This document shows positions 11,757-26,250 of a stretch of 64,000 nucleotides of DNA, in pieces. A program made the translations under genes and the position numbers. Under the pieces are notes generated by a model, which saw only the letters and a program-made list of their open reading frames with translations, made no database searches and had not been told where the DNA came from. Within the stretch, counting starts at the first letter, position 1. Each line of letters begins with the position of its first letter. Source of the DNA: Octopus vulgaris (Eukaryota); NCBI GenBank assembly GCA_951406725.2, contig OX597822.1, positions 91,326,001-91,390,000 of the forward strand, written 5' to 3'.

Positions 11757-12863
11757 GGTTCAACTCTGGGCCATGAGTGCTGAGGATATGCGTAAGCTCG
11801 CGAGGAATGAAGCCAGTATACTCCGATGGATCAGTGTACATACTCGACAGAGTGTAAGTACCTTGAGAGAAATGTTGGACCTAAGAAGCATCAGTTGTGG
11901 TGTGCAAGAGAGACAATTGCGCTGGTATGGTCATGTGGTGAGAATGGATGAAGATAGGTGTGTGAAAAAGTGCCAATCCCTAGCAGTTGAGGGAACCCAT
12001 GGAAGAGGTAGACCCAGGAAAACCTGGGATGAGGTGGTGAAGCACAACCTTCGAACTTTAGGCCTCACTGAGGCAATGACTAGCGACCGAGACCTTTGGA
12101 AATATGCTGTGCGTGAGAAGACCCGGCAGGACAAGTGAGTCCAGCCCACTTATGCATGCCTTTCCTCCCTTGGACACACAAAGACCTGTTGAGGTAAGCA
12201 AAGTCGAAATCGAACCTCATCCGACGACAGGCACCCATGCCAACCCCACTTCATTGGACACTAAACTCTGCTTGCGAAGACCTGTTGGGGCAAGTCAAAT
12301 CGGAATTGAAATTGAACTAATCCTATGACTGGCACCCGGCAGTTGCCAGGGCTGCTGGACTGACTCCTGTGCAGGTGGTAAGTGAAGAAACACTATTTCG
12401 ACCCTGTGCTTGAGGTGATCCATTGAGTCAAGCACACCAACATCAAAATCAATGGAAACCAGTTGTGATCCCTGTGCCGATGGCACGTAAAAAGCACCAT
12501 CTGAACGTGGCCGATGCTAGCACCGCCTAGACTGGTTTCCATGCCGGTGGCACGTAAAAAGCACCATCCAAATCGTGGCCGATGTCAGTGCCACCTTGAC
12601 TGGCTTCCGTGCCAGTGGCACGTAAAATGCACCAATCCAACCGTGGCCGTTGCCAGCCTCACCTGGCACCTGTGCAGGTGGCACGTAAAAAGCACCCACT
12701 ATACTCACGGAGTGGTTGGCGTTAGGAAGGGCATCCAGCTGTAGAAACACTGCCAGATCAGACTGGAGCCTGGTGCAGCCTTCTGGCTTCCCAGATCCCC
12801 GGTCGAACCGTCTAACCCATGCTAGCATGGAGAATGGACGTTAAACGATGATGATGATGATGA
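11757..12863 (+). mobile_element. RTE LINE 3' portion with long 3'UTR and (GAT)n tail
   Basis: ORF 11773-12138 contains RQLRWYGHVVRM..GRGRPRKTW. The 3'UTR has ~70-bp tandem units, then ggcgttaggaagggcatccagctgtagaaac...cccatgctagcatgga and gatgatgat. Confidence 0.9.
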
Positions 12864-13399
12864 AATCTAACTAATTGATTGTTTGTTTAACTTATTGGTT
12901 AAACAATCGTTTGTTGTTAATTGTTTTTGTTTGTCGAAGTTCTTTTCTTGCCATTTGCTACCTTTCAGTGACCTCTCCCCCAGTTCATTACGGAGGCTGT
13001 GTTTGTCTGTCTGGGACCTTGTCAGTTGTATGTGTGTAGAATATGGTGTGTGTGTGTGTGTACGCACACGCATGCATGTTGTGTGTTACTATCTGCATGC
13101 ATATGTATATAAGTTATTGTGCGTAGTTGTGTGTTTTCTTATGTCAGTATGTGCATGCCTGTGTGTGGGTGTATGTATGTGTTCTTGTGCATGTGTGTGT
13201 ATTCCTGTGCTCATGTGCATGTATGTGTGTGTGTATATGCATGTGTGTATATCATCATGTGTTCCTGTGAAATTGTGTGTGTGTGCATGTATGAGCATGT
13301 CTGTTATACTGCCTATTTACCTGCCTGTCTCCCCACCTACATAACTAAACTAACCACCTAAATACATATCTACTTATCTACCTACATACCTATTTATGT

Positions 13400-14800
13400 A
13401 CATGCCTGCCTGCCACCATGTTGGTTTGGTTTGTTGATAGATTATGGATGACTGTTTCCAGTCATTATGCTCTCTCCAGTATTCATTTAGCCTTTCCACT
13501 AAACTCCTCAGTGTCTCTCCAATGTATGCTGTGTTCCTGTTCTTACAAACTCCTTCCATGCACCATATTCTGTAGACTATATTCCTGGTCTTACAGTTAA
13601 TACTCGGGTAAAAGGTACATACCACACAACTCTTACCAGTGAATGTGGTATTGTTGAAGGGGTACATCCTATATAATTGTGATTTGATGGACCTCTCCGG
13701 TTTCTCAATGATATTAATGTTGAGTTTGGTGTCCTTCAGAGAATTCCTAAACCTATGGGCTGATTTCTCATGAGGTGTGGCCTCTACAAACATCACACCT
13801 GGATATTTATCAGCCTTGTACCATTTGTTCACTCTGTTTGCTTTGTCACAAATCCTCTGTCTCCTGTTCCAATGTTTATATTGGTATCATTACATATGAT
13901 GCTATCTAATTTCTTTCAAGCACCCCTGTATACTATCTTTCTAATCGTATCAAGAGAACTGCATGCAGTGCATGTCTCCTTGTTTCATAGGGTTTCACAT
14001 GAGGGGACACATTGTTCATTATCCTAAGTCAGCTCTTATGCTAATTTTCACATTGTGCAAGAAGGCCGAGTTCTTGTGAAGCTATGGACTTCATGTAATA
14101 GGAGAGAAGGTGTACTTTGTTGTTTACAGTCTCTAACCAAAGTTCAGTATCAAGGATAGGGAGTCTATTTGTTAGGGAGCATAGTAGGGTAAGTTAAGTT
14201 AATTTTTTGGCTCAAAAAGCAAAAAGCAAGGCCATGTAGGGGGACATGGAGTTATGTACAGGGAGGGTGTTCATGCAAAGAGTTCAGGCCATTTCTGGTC
14301 AAGAGAGACTTTGAACCGAGCGGTTGTCGGCATCTTCACTATCTCGTCCGGTAGCTTATTCCACTGATCCGCAACCCGGACGGAGAAAGCCCCTCTCCTT
14401 TGATTGAGATGAAATCGTCGCAGATAGAGCTTTTTGGAGTGACCCCGCAGCTGACGCCCTGGAGCAGGAGTGAAGAACAGCTCTTTCGAGAGGTTACATT
14501 TTCCACTTATGATGATGTGAGCGAGAATGAGATCACTACGGTGGTGGCGTTTTTCTAGAGTAATTTGTGGTTACCTTGATACTTTGGTGGATAGAGTTAA
14601 CTATGTGCTGGATGCTCACCATTGCACTCCCCTCGGCTTTCTCAGTATTGTCACATGAGGTTGTCCTAGCCAGAATATTAATACCATCTATATACCTACA
14701 GTATAGTAATACCACTACAGATTGTTCATCTAGGGATTGTCTGAGTTTTCTATCCCAACACAGAAATTCCCATGCAGTTCTCTGGATATGACCAGAAAGA
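13400..14800 (-). mobile_element. Decayed Penelope-like element (RT C-terminal half plus GIY-YIG endonuclease)
   Basis: Minus strand gives RYIDG (~14690, decayed YIDD), IKVTTNYP..LPILDTELW and YYMKS. ORF 13374-13832 contains CVVC..CKTRNIVYRIWC..YIGETLRSLVER, the GIY-YIG signature. Confidence 0.8.
14193..14559 (-). mobile_element. CR1/L2-clade LINE 3' end nested in the PLE
   Basis: Minus translation LRGHSKKLYLRRFHLNQRRGAFSVRVADQWNKLP..FKVSLD and a (TAACT)n tail. GTAA is present at both junctions (14189-14192, 14560-14563). Confidence 0.85.
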
Positions 14801-15619
14801 TGGGCTTCAAGTATACAGTGGGGCTAGAAAGAAATTAGATAACATCATATGTTATGATGTTAGTGGTACCCCTCCCCCACTATATACCAAAGTAAACATT
14901 GGAACAGGATACAGAGTAGAAGATTATAACTAAGAACATATATTATCATTATCACATTACATTCAATTCATCATACATTATTCGTTTCATTAACCATCAT
15001 CTTTTCTTTCACATTTCAGGTATACTGAAGACCTTTTTTGTCACTGCTTCAGTCTACATAAATAAAGTGTTGTTGAAAGTAAAGAGATGTCAGACTTATT
15101 TATGACAAAAGGTAAGTCAACATGGCCAACATAACCTGTCCCGCAGCTGACTGCGCCGCGAGTTGGCCTGCAAACACTCTGGTGGTGGTACTGACCCACT
15201 TCATTGATCTTCATAGCACCACTTCATAGCTGCAATATTTTTAAAGCTTCTACAATTTTTTCAAATTCATTTAAGAATATCTTATTATCCTTATGCCATC
15301 ATTTTTCCTGCTAGTCCACTGTTTTAAAAGTAACACTTTTACATTAATAAAAAACCAAAAAAACTTATTGAATCAAAATTCACAAAGTATAAAAGGTAGA
15401 ACAAAAGTGAGTTTTTTTTTCAAAAAAGTTTAAACAGCAGTAAATAAGTAAATTTTATAAACTGTTAAAAAGTAAATTATAAAATAACAATAATAATTAA
15501 GAACCTGAGACAGAAGAGAAAATGCCAATAAAGCAGATGAATTAAATGATGCTAATTACAAAACAGTACAGTGAATATGAGTCAACTAGTTTGAGGCAAA
15601 AATAATCTGAGAAATTTAA

Positions 15620-15912
15620 AACACACTGAGAGCTTCCTCAATGCCAAACAGTCTTAACTGTTTTTTAAAACGAGGCAATTTGGTTTCAATTGGCCTAACA
15701 GCCTGGGGATGGAGGCTCCCCCCGCCCACATAAAGATATTTGAGAGAGTGTTGAGATCAAGAATAACAGCCTTCCTAGAACAAAATCATTTTCTAAATTG
15801 CAACCAGCATGGCTTTCGTAGTGGGAGGGACTGTCTAACACCACTTAGATCACATCTTAAATGCACTAAGTGAGAGCTCCAACGCCCATGTCATATACCT
15901 TGATTTCAGCAA
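15620..15912 (+). pseudogene. CR1/L2-type LINE RT fragment
   Basis: KIFERVLRSRITAFLEQN..NQHGFRSGRDCL..VIYLDFSK. Confidence 0.8.
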
Positions 15913-16026
15913 ATACACTGTTAAAGAAATTATCTAATGCTGGAGCATAGGACTTTTAAGTGCAAGTCTCTCAACACAACAACACACTTCAAAAAAAGTG
16001 TGTGTGGGTATATATATGTATGTATG

Positions 16027-16481
16027 ACAGTACCGCCTGATTGGCACTCATGCCAGTGGAATGTTAAAAGCACATCCAAGCATGATCGTTGCCAGGGCCT
16101 AGGATTGGCTCCCGTGCCAGTGACACATGAAAAGCACCATTCGAGCATGATCATTGCCATTGTCGCCTTACTGGCACGTGAAAAACAACATTTGAGCGTG
16201 GTCATTGCCAGTGCCGCCAGACTGGCTCCTGTGAAGGTAGCACATAAAAACACCTTTTGAGCATGAGCGTGGTCATTGCCAGAACCGCCTTACTGGCCCT
16301 TGTGCCTGTAGCCCGTAAAAAGCACCCACTACACTCTCAGAGTGGTTGGCATTAAGAAGGGCATCCAGCTGTAGAAACTTTGCCAGACCAGATTGAGCCT
16401 GGTGCAGCCTCTGGTTCACCAGTTCTCAGTCAAACCGTCCAACCCATACCAGCATGGAAAGTGGACATTAAATGATGATGA
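16027..16481 (+). mobile_element. RTE 3'UTR/tail copy
   Basis: Same tandem units and tail as 12340-12863. Confidence 0.85.
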
Positions 16482-16482
16482 T

Positions 16483-17745
<1,263 letters not shown>

Positions 17746-17749
17746 ATAA

Positions 17750-19620
17750 ACTACTACAAAAACCTACTACTATCCATGCTAGAAAATATTTTCGATGAAA
17801 ATGTTGTGAACTATAAACAACAAAAACAATGAAAAATCTTGCATCCTTAATGGAAAAGGCCTGACAGAAAAAGAAGTAGATTATATCATGAACTTTAAAT
17901 GTAAACCTAGTTATTTTTTTTATGGCCTACCTAAAATACACAAAAGCAAGGTAGTTAATGAAGCCTGTGAACAACCACCAGGCAAATACATAAATATCCT
18001 AGCACCAGAAGACTTAAAGTTAAGACCAATTATAGCTGGCCCAGCCTGTGAAACCCACTGCTTAAACAATTTTCTAGACATCCTACTGAAACCCTTACTG
18101 AAATACATCAAAAGTTTCATTAGAGATGGTCTAGATATGCTTGAACACCTACCAAAAACAACTAAAGAAGGCACATTATTGGTTTCTTTCTGGCAAAGTT
18201 TCTACAGCTGGATGCCCTTATTACACCAATATCCCATGTGACCTTGGAATAGAAGCAATAAAAATCTGGCTGTAAAAGTGCCCCAAAGAACTTTCAGAAC
18301 GCATAAACCAGGTTTTTATTATTGAAACTTTAAAATTTATACTTCAGAACAATTATTTCCTATTTCAGGACACCCACTATCGTTAAAAATGTTGAATTGT
18401 GATGGGAACAAAAATAGCTCCTGTTCTTGTGAACCTTCTAATGGAATATTTTGAATTCACCATATATGAAGTGTCACTGCAAAAAATAGACATCCATTTC
18501 ACTAGTGTATAAGAGAAAGCTAGAAGAGATATCTGGATGACAGCTTTATCATTTGGAATGAGACCATTGATGAACTTTTGGAATTTAAAATATAAACCCT
18601 AACATTCAATTCACAATGGAATATAGCAAAGAACAGCTTCCTTTCTTAGATATTATGATAAAAAGAAGTCAATAACCAAATTGTAACTGACATTTATCAT
18701 AAAACAACAGACTTGAAACAATATCTTCTTTTTAGCTCATGCCACCCGAACAAATCAAAAGAGAAGAGGGATTTGCAAATAAGGATTTAGCAAAAAGGGA
18801 TTTGCATAATAGTGTCTGATAGAAATACCTGGGACCTCCATCATCAAGACCTCAGAACAACACTGAGGCAATACCCACCCTCACTTATAGATGACAGAAT
18901 TAAGCAAGCCAAGAAAGTACGCATTAAAACACTAAGGGAAACAAAATCTAACACCACACCACATCTCAGAACACTACCGCATATATCAACTCGCAACCCT
19001 AGAAACAATGAGGCATACAACACTATTGTACAAAATCTACCTATGCTTACTAGGGACCAAAAAATGAACAACATTCTGAAAACATATAAACGACTTCTGG
19101 CAAGTGCAAAGCTTTACTTAACAACCACGAAACCAATGGTTAAAAATGTGGATGCCCAAACTGTGGAACATGCCCCAACCTATTGGAAAGCTTGGATTTC
19201 CTATTCAAGCAAGGAGAGAGGTCCATGATTAAACCAACTTCACTTGTACTTCCAAGAATCTAATTTGTTATAACTTGTTCAGGTTGTGGACATAACTATA
19301 CCAGACAGACAAGTATGGCACTTAGATCCATTAACATAAGGAACAAATCTGTTTGCCACAGGACAGACATATTCCTTTGAGTGAACACAGAGAGATGTGC
19401 AGGTAATATCCAACCAAACTTCAGTTTTCCCCATCTACCAGTGCAAAGAAACTATTTCTGTACAAGACCGTTTAAATAACGAAAATTTATCCATCAAATA
19501 ATACAGATCACGCCTAAATATTAACACATAACCAACTTTGGTTTCAGTATATATTTTAATTCATGTTCACATACCCATCACTGTAAATAATTCATCTTTT
19601 GAGTTTTTGTATATTTATTT
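17750..19620 (+). mobile_element. Decayed Penelope-like element (RT plus GIY-YIG)
   Basis: YGLPKIHK and LRPIIAG (ORF 17888-18241), MGT, KRYLDD (~18525), FTME..LPFLDI, DIYHKT, FSSCHP, then the Cys-rich GIY-YIG region (C..PNCGTC, FTCTSKNL..CSGCG). Multiple stops and frameshifts. Confidence 0.88.
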
Positions 19621-20550
19621 ATCGCCTCCCCAAAATATGAGTAATTACCTTCCCCGTCCCAAATAATAATGATGATCACCAATCACCTTCCCTTAAATTT
19701 TTCTACTTGTTGACTCATTTTATTCACAAACTCCCATACACAACATGGACTAAAATCTTCTTGAGAAAATACAAAATTAAAATAATTTCAATGTCATGAT
19801 TAGTGAAAGCAAAACCAGCCAACAAACACAATACTCTTTCACTTATAAAATATATTAAAACTATGTAAACTGTGTACATTTTCCTTCTTTTATTTTATAT
19901 ATATACTTTTTGCATTACAACTCACCACATAGGGATAATCGAAATTCTCTTCCTCCCTTTTTCTTACTATATATATACGTGTATATATAAATAAAATAGA
20001 GTTAAGAGAGATTATTAATCTGGGCAAAATACTTCATAAGCTCTCTGTTAGTACACCAGGCTAACAATATTGTTTAGATTGATAAAGAACTCTAAGTATT
20101 TTTGTGGCAGGTCTGAGGTTATAATCACTCACCATTCCACACTGTCAATCCCTGGTTGCGGTCCACTTATCCTGCTCTTTCCTTTTTATCACTCTTCCAC
20201 TTGCCTCTTTTCTTCCCACCTCTCTCATCCGTGTATCATTCCTTCAGTGTTCTGCTTTGTTATAATCAGAAATGATCACTCAACTTTTCTCAACTCATCA
20301 ACAGACCAACTGAGTAAACCTATCAGTAACACACCTATAATGACTACTGGAAACAGCTGTAAGCCAAATTTACTCCAATAAAAGAAAAATACGTAATGAT
20401 CATTGTCTTGTATAGATATATGTATGTGTGTGTGCGTGTGTGTAAGAGAGAAAAAGGGGGGTAGAGTTATTTTGTGTGTGCACGTGTATTTCTGTATCTT
20501 TCAACATACAGACAACACACACTTAAAAAACAAGGCCATATATATATATA

Positions 20551-21060
20551 TCTATATATATAAAACTCAACTTGTGTGTCTGTATGTGTATCTGTGTGTG
20601 TATCTGAGTGTGTGTCTGTGTGTTTAACTTCCTGGAACATCTCCTAGCCAACAAATTGTAGAACCACCAAAAATGGGTCACTTAAAGTTTAGGCGAATGA
20701 AAATTGAACTGTGCTATTTGTTCCGAAATTCATCTCGCAAGTGCAAAAATCGATAATGTGTTTGTTTATCCCATGCATTGTATAGTGAACTTTATTCAGT
20801 CAGCTGTTTGACATGAACTGTTGTTCACCACACGTGCAAGCATGCGTAAATTGCATGAAAAATAAAAAATCACGATATAAAAACGAATCGGCGTAAACAT
20901 TGTAAAAATTTGGCAAAGAAATGAATTTTTGGGATGTAGCCTAGAGGGTTTTTTCGTATTAATCGTTTGGACTGTGTGAACACATACCAATTGTTTTCAT
21001 AACATTTTTAACGCTTTGAATTAAATGCGACTATTTTGCAAAGCCGAGCAATACTGCTAG
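20551..21060 (+). mobile_element. Non-autonomous Helitron
   Basis: A|TCTATATA 5' end with (GT)-rich subterminus. The 3' gagcaa..tactgCTAG|T end is shared with 17100-17483. Confidence 0.65.
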
Positions 21061-22169
21061 TATATATATAAAAATGTAAGATCCAGGGATCAAGGTGAAG
21101 GAAGAAAGTTAGCTTCAAGCAATCCATAATGAATATAAAAAAAAACAACTTTCAGAAACAATAGTGGTTTATTGAGATGGAAGGTTGTGGATTTTTTTCT
21201 TTCATAGAAGAACAATGAGCAGTAGGCAACCAGGTTTGCCCAGTGTGTGAAAAAGAATAAAAGAGCTAAGTTATGGAATGGAGTGTGGGAAATCCAGGCT
21301 ACATATGTTTCATAGCGAGTGGAACCTCAGAAGTGGCAAAATTCAAGTGAGGTGCATACCATCAGCTACTCTTCAGGCCAAGGATATCTCGATTAGATTA
21401 AAGGCTACATTGTTAAAAAGAGGTACATGTTGATGCAAAAATTCAACCAGAATGTGTGGAGGGCACAGTATATTGGGGAGAAATAAGTAATAGAAGGGAA
21501 GAAAGAAGAAAGAAAAATAAATTTTTTTAAATAAAATAAAATATAGGAGAGTGGGAGAAAGGAGGAATTGGTAGATAATATAGTAGTTTTAGCTTGATCA
21601 CAGAATTCAGTAGTGGGATTGGCATTTGAAGAGTAGAGAAATTGGAGGGGAGAGGGTGGGGAAATATTTTTGGTTGTGAGAGACAAAAGAAAGTATGTAT
21701 GAATAAAGCAAGGTAGGGTGGGGAGTTTTAAGCACAGTTAGTGGTTTTACAGTCAAAATGTGTAAATTGGTACAAGAAAAAAAAAATGAAGTGGTGAAAG
21801 TATATGTAAGCATCTGTACCTGTATGTTCATGGGTGGACGGGGTAGAAGGAGGAAAGAGTAGAAATATAAGGAGAGAAGAATATTTTAGGTAGTAAGTAA
21901 AAATACAGATGGAAAATTGCAACTGACAATTAAGGAATTAAAGGGGGGGGGGGAAATATTGTTGGTTTAATAGGAAGTGCTAGTGGGGGTGGATGAGTGG
22001 GAAAAAGAATGAGAGTTATGGGGAGACAGGAGCAGGGTGGGGTTGTAATTATTTGTATTTCGAGAATAGATTTAGTGCCGGATGTTTGCAGGTGAATATT
22101 ATACTGCTGCGTTTATTGAGACAGTCCATAGATTGCAAAATTGCCATGACCTTGGCTGTGCAGAGACCA

Positions 22170-24770
22170 TTTAACGTCTGTATTCCATGCTAGCATGGGT
22201 GGGATGGTACCACAAGAGCTGGCCAGGTTGAAGCCTGCACCAGACTTCTGTGACTCTTATGACAGGATTTTTACAGGTGGATGCTCTTCCTAACATCAAC
22301 CACTCAGCAGAGTGGACTTCGTGTTTTTTATGTGGCACAAGCGAGATCAGTTTTGGCAAGGTTTTTGCAGCTGGATGCCCTTCTGAACACCAACCACTTT
22401 ACAATGTGGACTGGATGCTTTTAAGTGGCAGGGTCACCAAGTACTTGCAAGACAAAAACTTTTAAGAGGGGAGGAGACACTGGAGGAAGTGATGATGAGA
22501 AGGTTATAGTGAGACAGATATAGGTGTCTTGCTGAAGAGGAAGTACAAGATTATCCAGCCAGAGAGAGAAAGATCAGGAATGAAGACAGAAACAGGTGTA
22601 CTACCGCAAAGAAAATACACAGTTGCCCAACCTGAGGGAAGTGAAGGAGAGAGAGAGAAAGAGTGAGTGGGAAACCACAGGATGAAGATTGTGGCAAAAT
22701 GCCGGACATGCTCACAAGGAACAAGGATCAGAGTATAAATGAGATGTTTGAGTAAAGGAAGGGAGAGATACAGATAGTGGCAAGTGCCAGGATATTGCAA
22801 AGGAAGTGTGATTAAGAGTGCGAGTGAGGGGCTACTGGATACAGAGGAACAGGGGTGAAGAACAAGGACAAGATTGGGGAGTAAAAGTTAGGCATAGTGA
22901 ATGAAGGAGGAAATGCAAGAAAGACATGTAAATTGGTTTGTTGGGGTAGGATGAGGGAAAGTTTTCTTGTTATGTGTGAATGGAACACCCAGGTTGGGGG
23001 CTAGCAAATAGCAATAATAGAATGGGAGAAGGCATGTGGGTAGAATGCACAGGTCAGGGGTAAGCAGAGAGCAATGATATAGTGGTACCAGGCCAAGAGG
23101 ACAAGATTGGGGAGTGGGAGGTAATCATAGTACATGAAGCGGAAATGTGAGGAAGGGAAGGGATGCAGAGATATAGTTTGGCAGTGATTCTTGATGGCCC
23201 AGGAGCTTTCCCTGCCTTCATGTCTTTAACTGCCTTATCTATTATGCTACTATCACCTCTCCCTCAATTGGTTTGATATTTGGTAAACTCTCCTTCTCCC
23301 ATCCATTTTCCACATTCAGTAACCTTTCATAGTGGCACTCCCAAGCATCTTTCTTCTCTGAGTCACTAAGTGAAAGCATACCATTATCCATTCACACACA
23401 TTTCTCACCCACCACATCTCCATTTTCTGATACACTGCTTTGCAATCCTGAACACCTCATGCCTCTGATCCTCATGTTGAAGGACATTTGCAAACCTCTT
23501 AACTTCAGCTACTCCTTTTGCTATGTATACCTGACATCTAGCTACCCTTTTGGCTACCCGATATAATTCTCTGCTTCCACCATTTTTCCATTCTTTCCAG
23601 GCCTATCTCTTTGCTTTTATAACACTGTCAGCCTCCTTGCTCCAACACCATGTCACCTTTGGTTTAGCTGGGACTCTACACCAATCACAGATTTCATCCA
23701 TAGCTCTCAGTAGATTGTCACTCAAGAACTTCCAGTTGTCCTCTAAGCTATATGTCCCCAACTCTTCCTCTCTTTTGCAGCAGCTTCCGTTAGCAAATCT
23801 TTAAATTTTTGTCTGTTTGCTGGGTCTTTGAGCTTCCATAGTCTTCTTTTCCAGATTAGCTTATTTCTCTGGGTCTTTCTAGCTCTAATTCTGAAGTCAC
23901 TAACTAGTAACCTAAGTTGGGTTGTCCACTCTTCACCTTGGAAAGACTTTGCATATTTAAGCATCCATCTATCTCATTGCCTGGTGAGGAGGTAGTCAAT
24001 TCGGCTTATGTGTTCACCAGACTGATAAGTGATTAGGTGGCTGGCTGGTTTTTTTAAGTTAGTGTTGCAGATCATGAGATCATTTGCATCACAGAACTCC
24101 AGCAATCATGTTCCCTCCTCATTTCTAGATCCAAAACCATAGCCTCCATGCACTCCCTGGAATCCATGGGGGTGCTGTCCAACATGTTCCTGAAGTCGCC
24201 AGCCGCAATAATAACGTCTTTTATTTCTTTATTGCCCACAAGGGGCTAAACATAGAGGGGACAAACAAGAACAATAATAACGTCTCTGTCATTTGTGGTT
24301 GAGGTGGTCTGCAAAAGGATCTCATTGAATTGGTCCTTCTGCTCATCAGACAGCCCAGACTGAAGGGCATAAGCAGAGATAAATTTAACTGTTAATTTAC
24401 CTATGATAAGTCTCATTTTAATTATCCTATCACATACTCTGACCACTTCAATTACCATATCTATCCACTTTTCTGCAAACAGTATGCCTACTCCACCCAC
24501 TCCATTATTCTGCCAACCCAGAAGAATTTGAATCCCTGTCTCTTACTCGTGAAGAATCTAGCTGAGGTTTCCCTCCATCTAACTTCTCGTACACCACACA
24601 CATCAACATGGCGACCTCTAACATTTCAACAATCTCCCCCTCCTTCCTTTCACTGTGCCAACATTGATGGTAGCAGCTCTGAGATTGAGTACTTGGAAGT
24701 GGTTGCGGTAAGGTAGTTGTGAAAATTTTGTCATCACCTGAAACGAAGATCTGCAAAAATGCTTGCTAGC
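22170..24770 (-). mobile_element. Internally deleted RTE LINE (AP endonuclease and linker joined to the 3'UTR, RT missing)
   Basis: Minus strand gives GGVGILFAEKWIDMVIEVVRVCDRII..ISAYA, AGDF, HGGYGFG.RNEEG, IDYL and KAGKAPGPS at ~23200. Pyrimidine-rich UTR follows, with the RTE tail at 22170-22450. Confidence 0.8.
24220..24271 (-). mobile_element. 52-nt 3' tip of SINE family B (or its partner LINE) inserted into the RTE endonuclease
   Basis: Matches the tail at 52650-52705. Perfect 14-bp TSD CAATAATAACGTCT (24206-24219, 24272-24285). Confidence 0.88.
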
Positions 24771-25171
24771 TTGCATAGAGCTTTGATATAGAGTTTATTC
24801 AGTGAATTAAAGTGAACCAGTCTCCCCCATCTTGTCCAACATCTTGAGCAAGATCCAACAAGTGGGTATGAGATTAGGGTGGTTACATAGGGCAGTTTAA
24901 GTATTAAATGTCTAAATATTCAACTGTATATGACACACACCAGGGCACTTGTATGAGGGTTATAAGGAGTGGTTATAAGGGTATGCTCAAAATATATGTA
25001 TTCACATACACAGCACATGAAACGTACGAGGTGAAAATGTTAATGTACAAATTAAAATGGTGGGGGTGGGGGAGGGGAGGTGGTCATAACAGGTGTGCAA
25101 AATGGATATTGGGCAGCCCTAGTGTAAACTAAGCTTATGCACCATATAGCTAGTTTCGGCACAGAAGAAAA

Positions 25172-25448
25172 GCCGTAGTATTTAATAATAATAATTATTG
25201 TCATTAAAATATTATTACTAAATTAATATAAATAATATATATAATTATATATATATATAATTAATATACATAATTAATATATAATAGGCGCAGGAGTGGC
25301 TGTGTGGTAAGTAGCTTGTTTACCAACCACATGGTTCTGGGTTCAGTCCCACTGCGTGGCACCTTGGGCAAGTGTCTTCTGCTATAGCCTTGGGCCGACC
25401 AAAGCCTTGTGAGTGGATTTGGTAGACGGAAACTGAAAGAAACCCGTC

Positions 25449-25495
<47 letters not shown>

Positions 25496-26250
25496 TGTGT
25501 GTGTTTGTGTGTCTGTGCCCCCTAGCATTGCATGACAACCGATGTTGGGGTGTTTATGTCCCCGTTACTTAGCGGTTCGGCAAAAGTGACCGATATAGAA
25601 TAAGTACTGGGCTTACAAAAGAATAAGTCCCGGGGTCGAGTTGCTCGATTAAAGGCAGTGCTCCAGCATGGCCGCAGTCAAATGACTGAAACAAGTAAAA
25701 GAGTAAAGAGTATATGTGTACATTTATTTTTTAAATTGATAAATTTATCTCAAGCATTTTGCAGTGGGAATGGAAGTCTGGCTAAAATTGAAATGAAATG
25801 AAAATTACATGTGGCCTTAGCAACTAGTTATTGAAAGAAATGGGGGAATCCTAGATTCATTGACTAATTCACATAAGGATAATAACCAAAACTTAGCTGT
25901 TGATTCAAGAAAGAGTGAACAAGCAAGTTGTTGGTTCAAGAGCATTAGCAAGGAAAAGGAACAATATTTGGGAATATATTTTGAATATACGAAAGGTGCT
26001 GCTGATGAATGCTGGGCAGCCATAGTATTTAATAATAATTATTATTATTATTATTATTATTAAAATATTAATACTAAATTAATATACATGTGCATTTTTT
26101 AATCAATGAATTTATCTCTTAAACATTTTGCAACAGGACTGGGAATCTGGCTGAAACTGAAATGAAATGAAAATTAGATGTGGCCTTAGCAACTAGATAT
26201 TGAAAGAAATGGGGGGATCCTAGATTAATTGACTAATTCACATATGGAGA
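25172..26250 (+). repeat. Diverged local tandem duplication; the first copy is interrupted by a SINE
   Basis: 25172-25228 plus 25712-25880 align with 26018-26250, e.g. atgtggccttagcaactag..ttgaaagaaatggggg..tcctagatt. Confidence 0.85.
25287..25711 (+). mobile_element. tRNA-derived SINE family A, full length
   Basis: ggcgcaggagtggctgtgtggtaag (A-box), gggttcagtccc (B-box), CORE-like ggcaccttgggcaagtg, internal (TA)n(TG)n and tail gactgaaacaagtaaaagagtaaagag. Confidence 0.95.

Noticed and set aside
12340-12720. CRISPR-like repeat-spacer pattern (gtggcacgtaaaaagcacc)
   Set aside because: The intervening sequences are homologous to each other, the context is a eukaryotic LINE 3'UTR, and there are no cas genes.
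15124-15200. GC-rich GGCCAAC..GTTGGCC stem considered as an HDV-like ribozyme
   Set aside because: Only one helix can be drawn; no P2/P3 pseudoknot or catalytic J4/2 strand was found.
20300-20365. GAAAC-AGCT-GTA motif downstream of the PLE (also at ~7361-7372)
   Set aside because: It resembles the 3' half of a PLE hammerhead, but the upstream core and stem I are missing. It may be a decayed pLTR but is not supportable.
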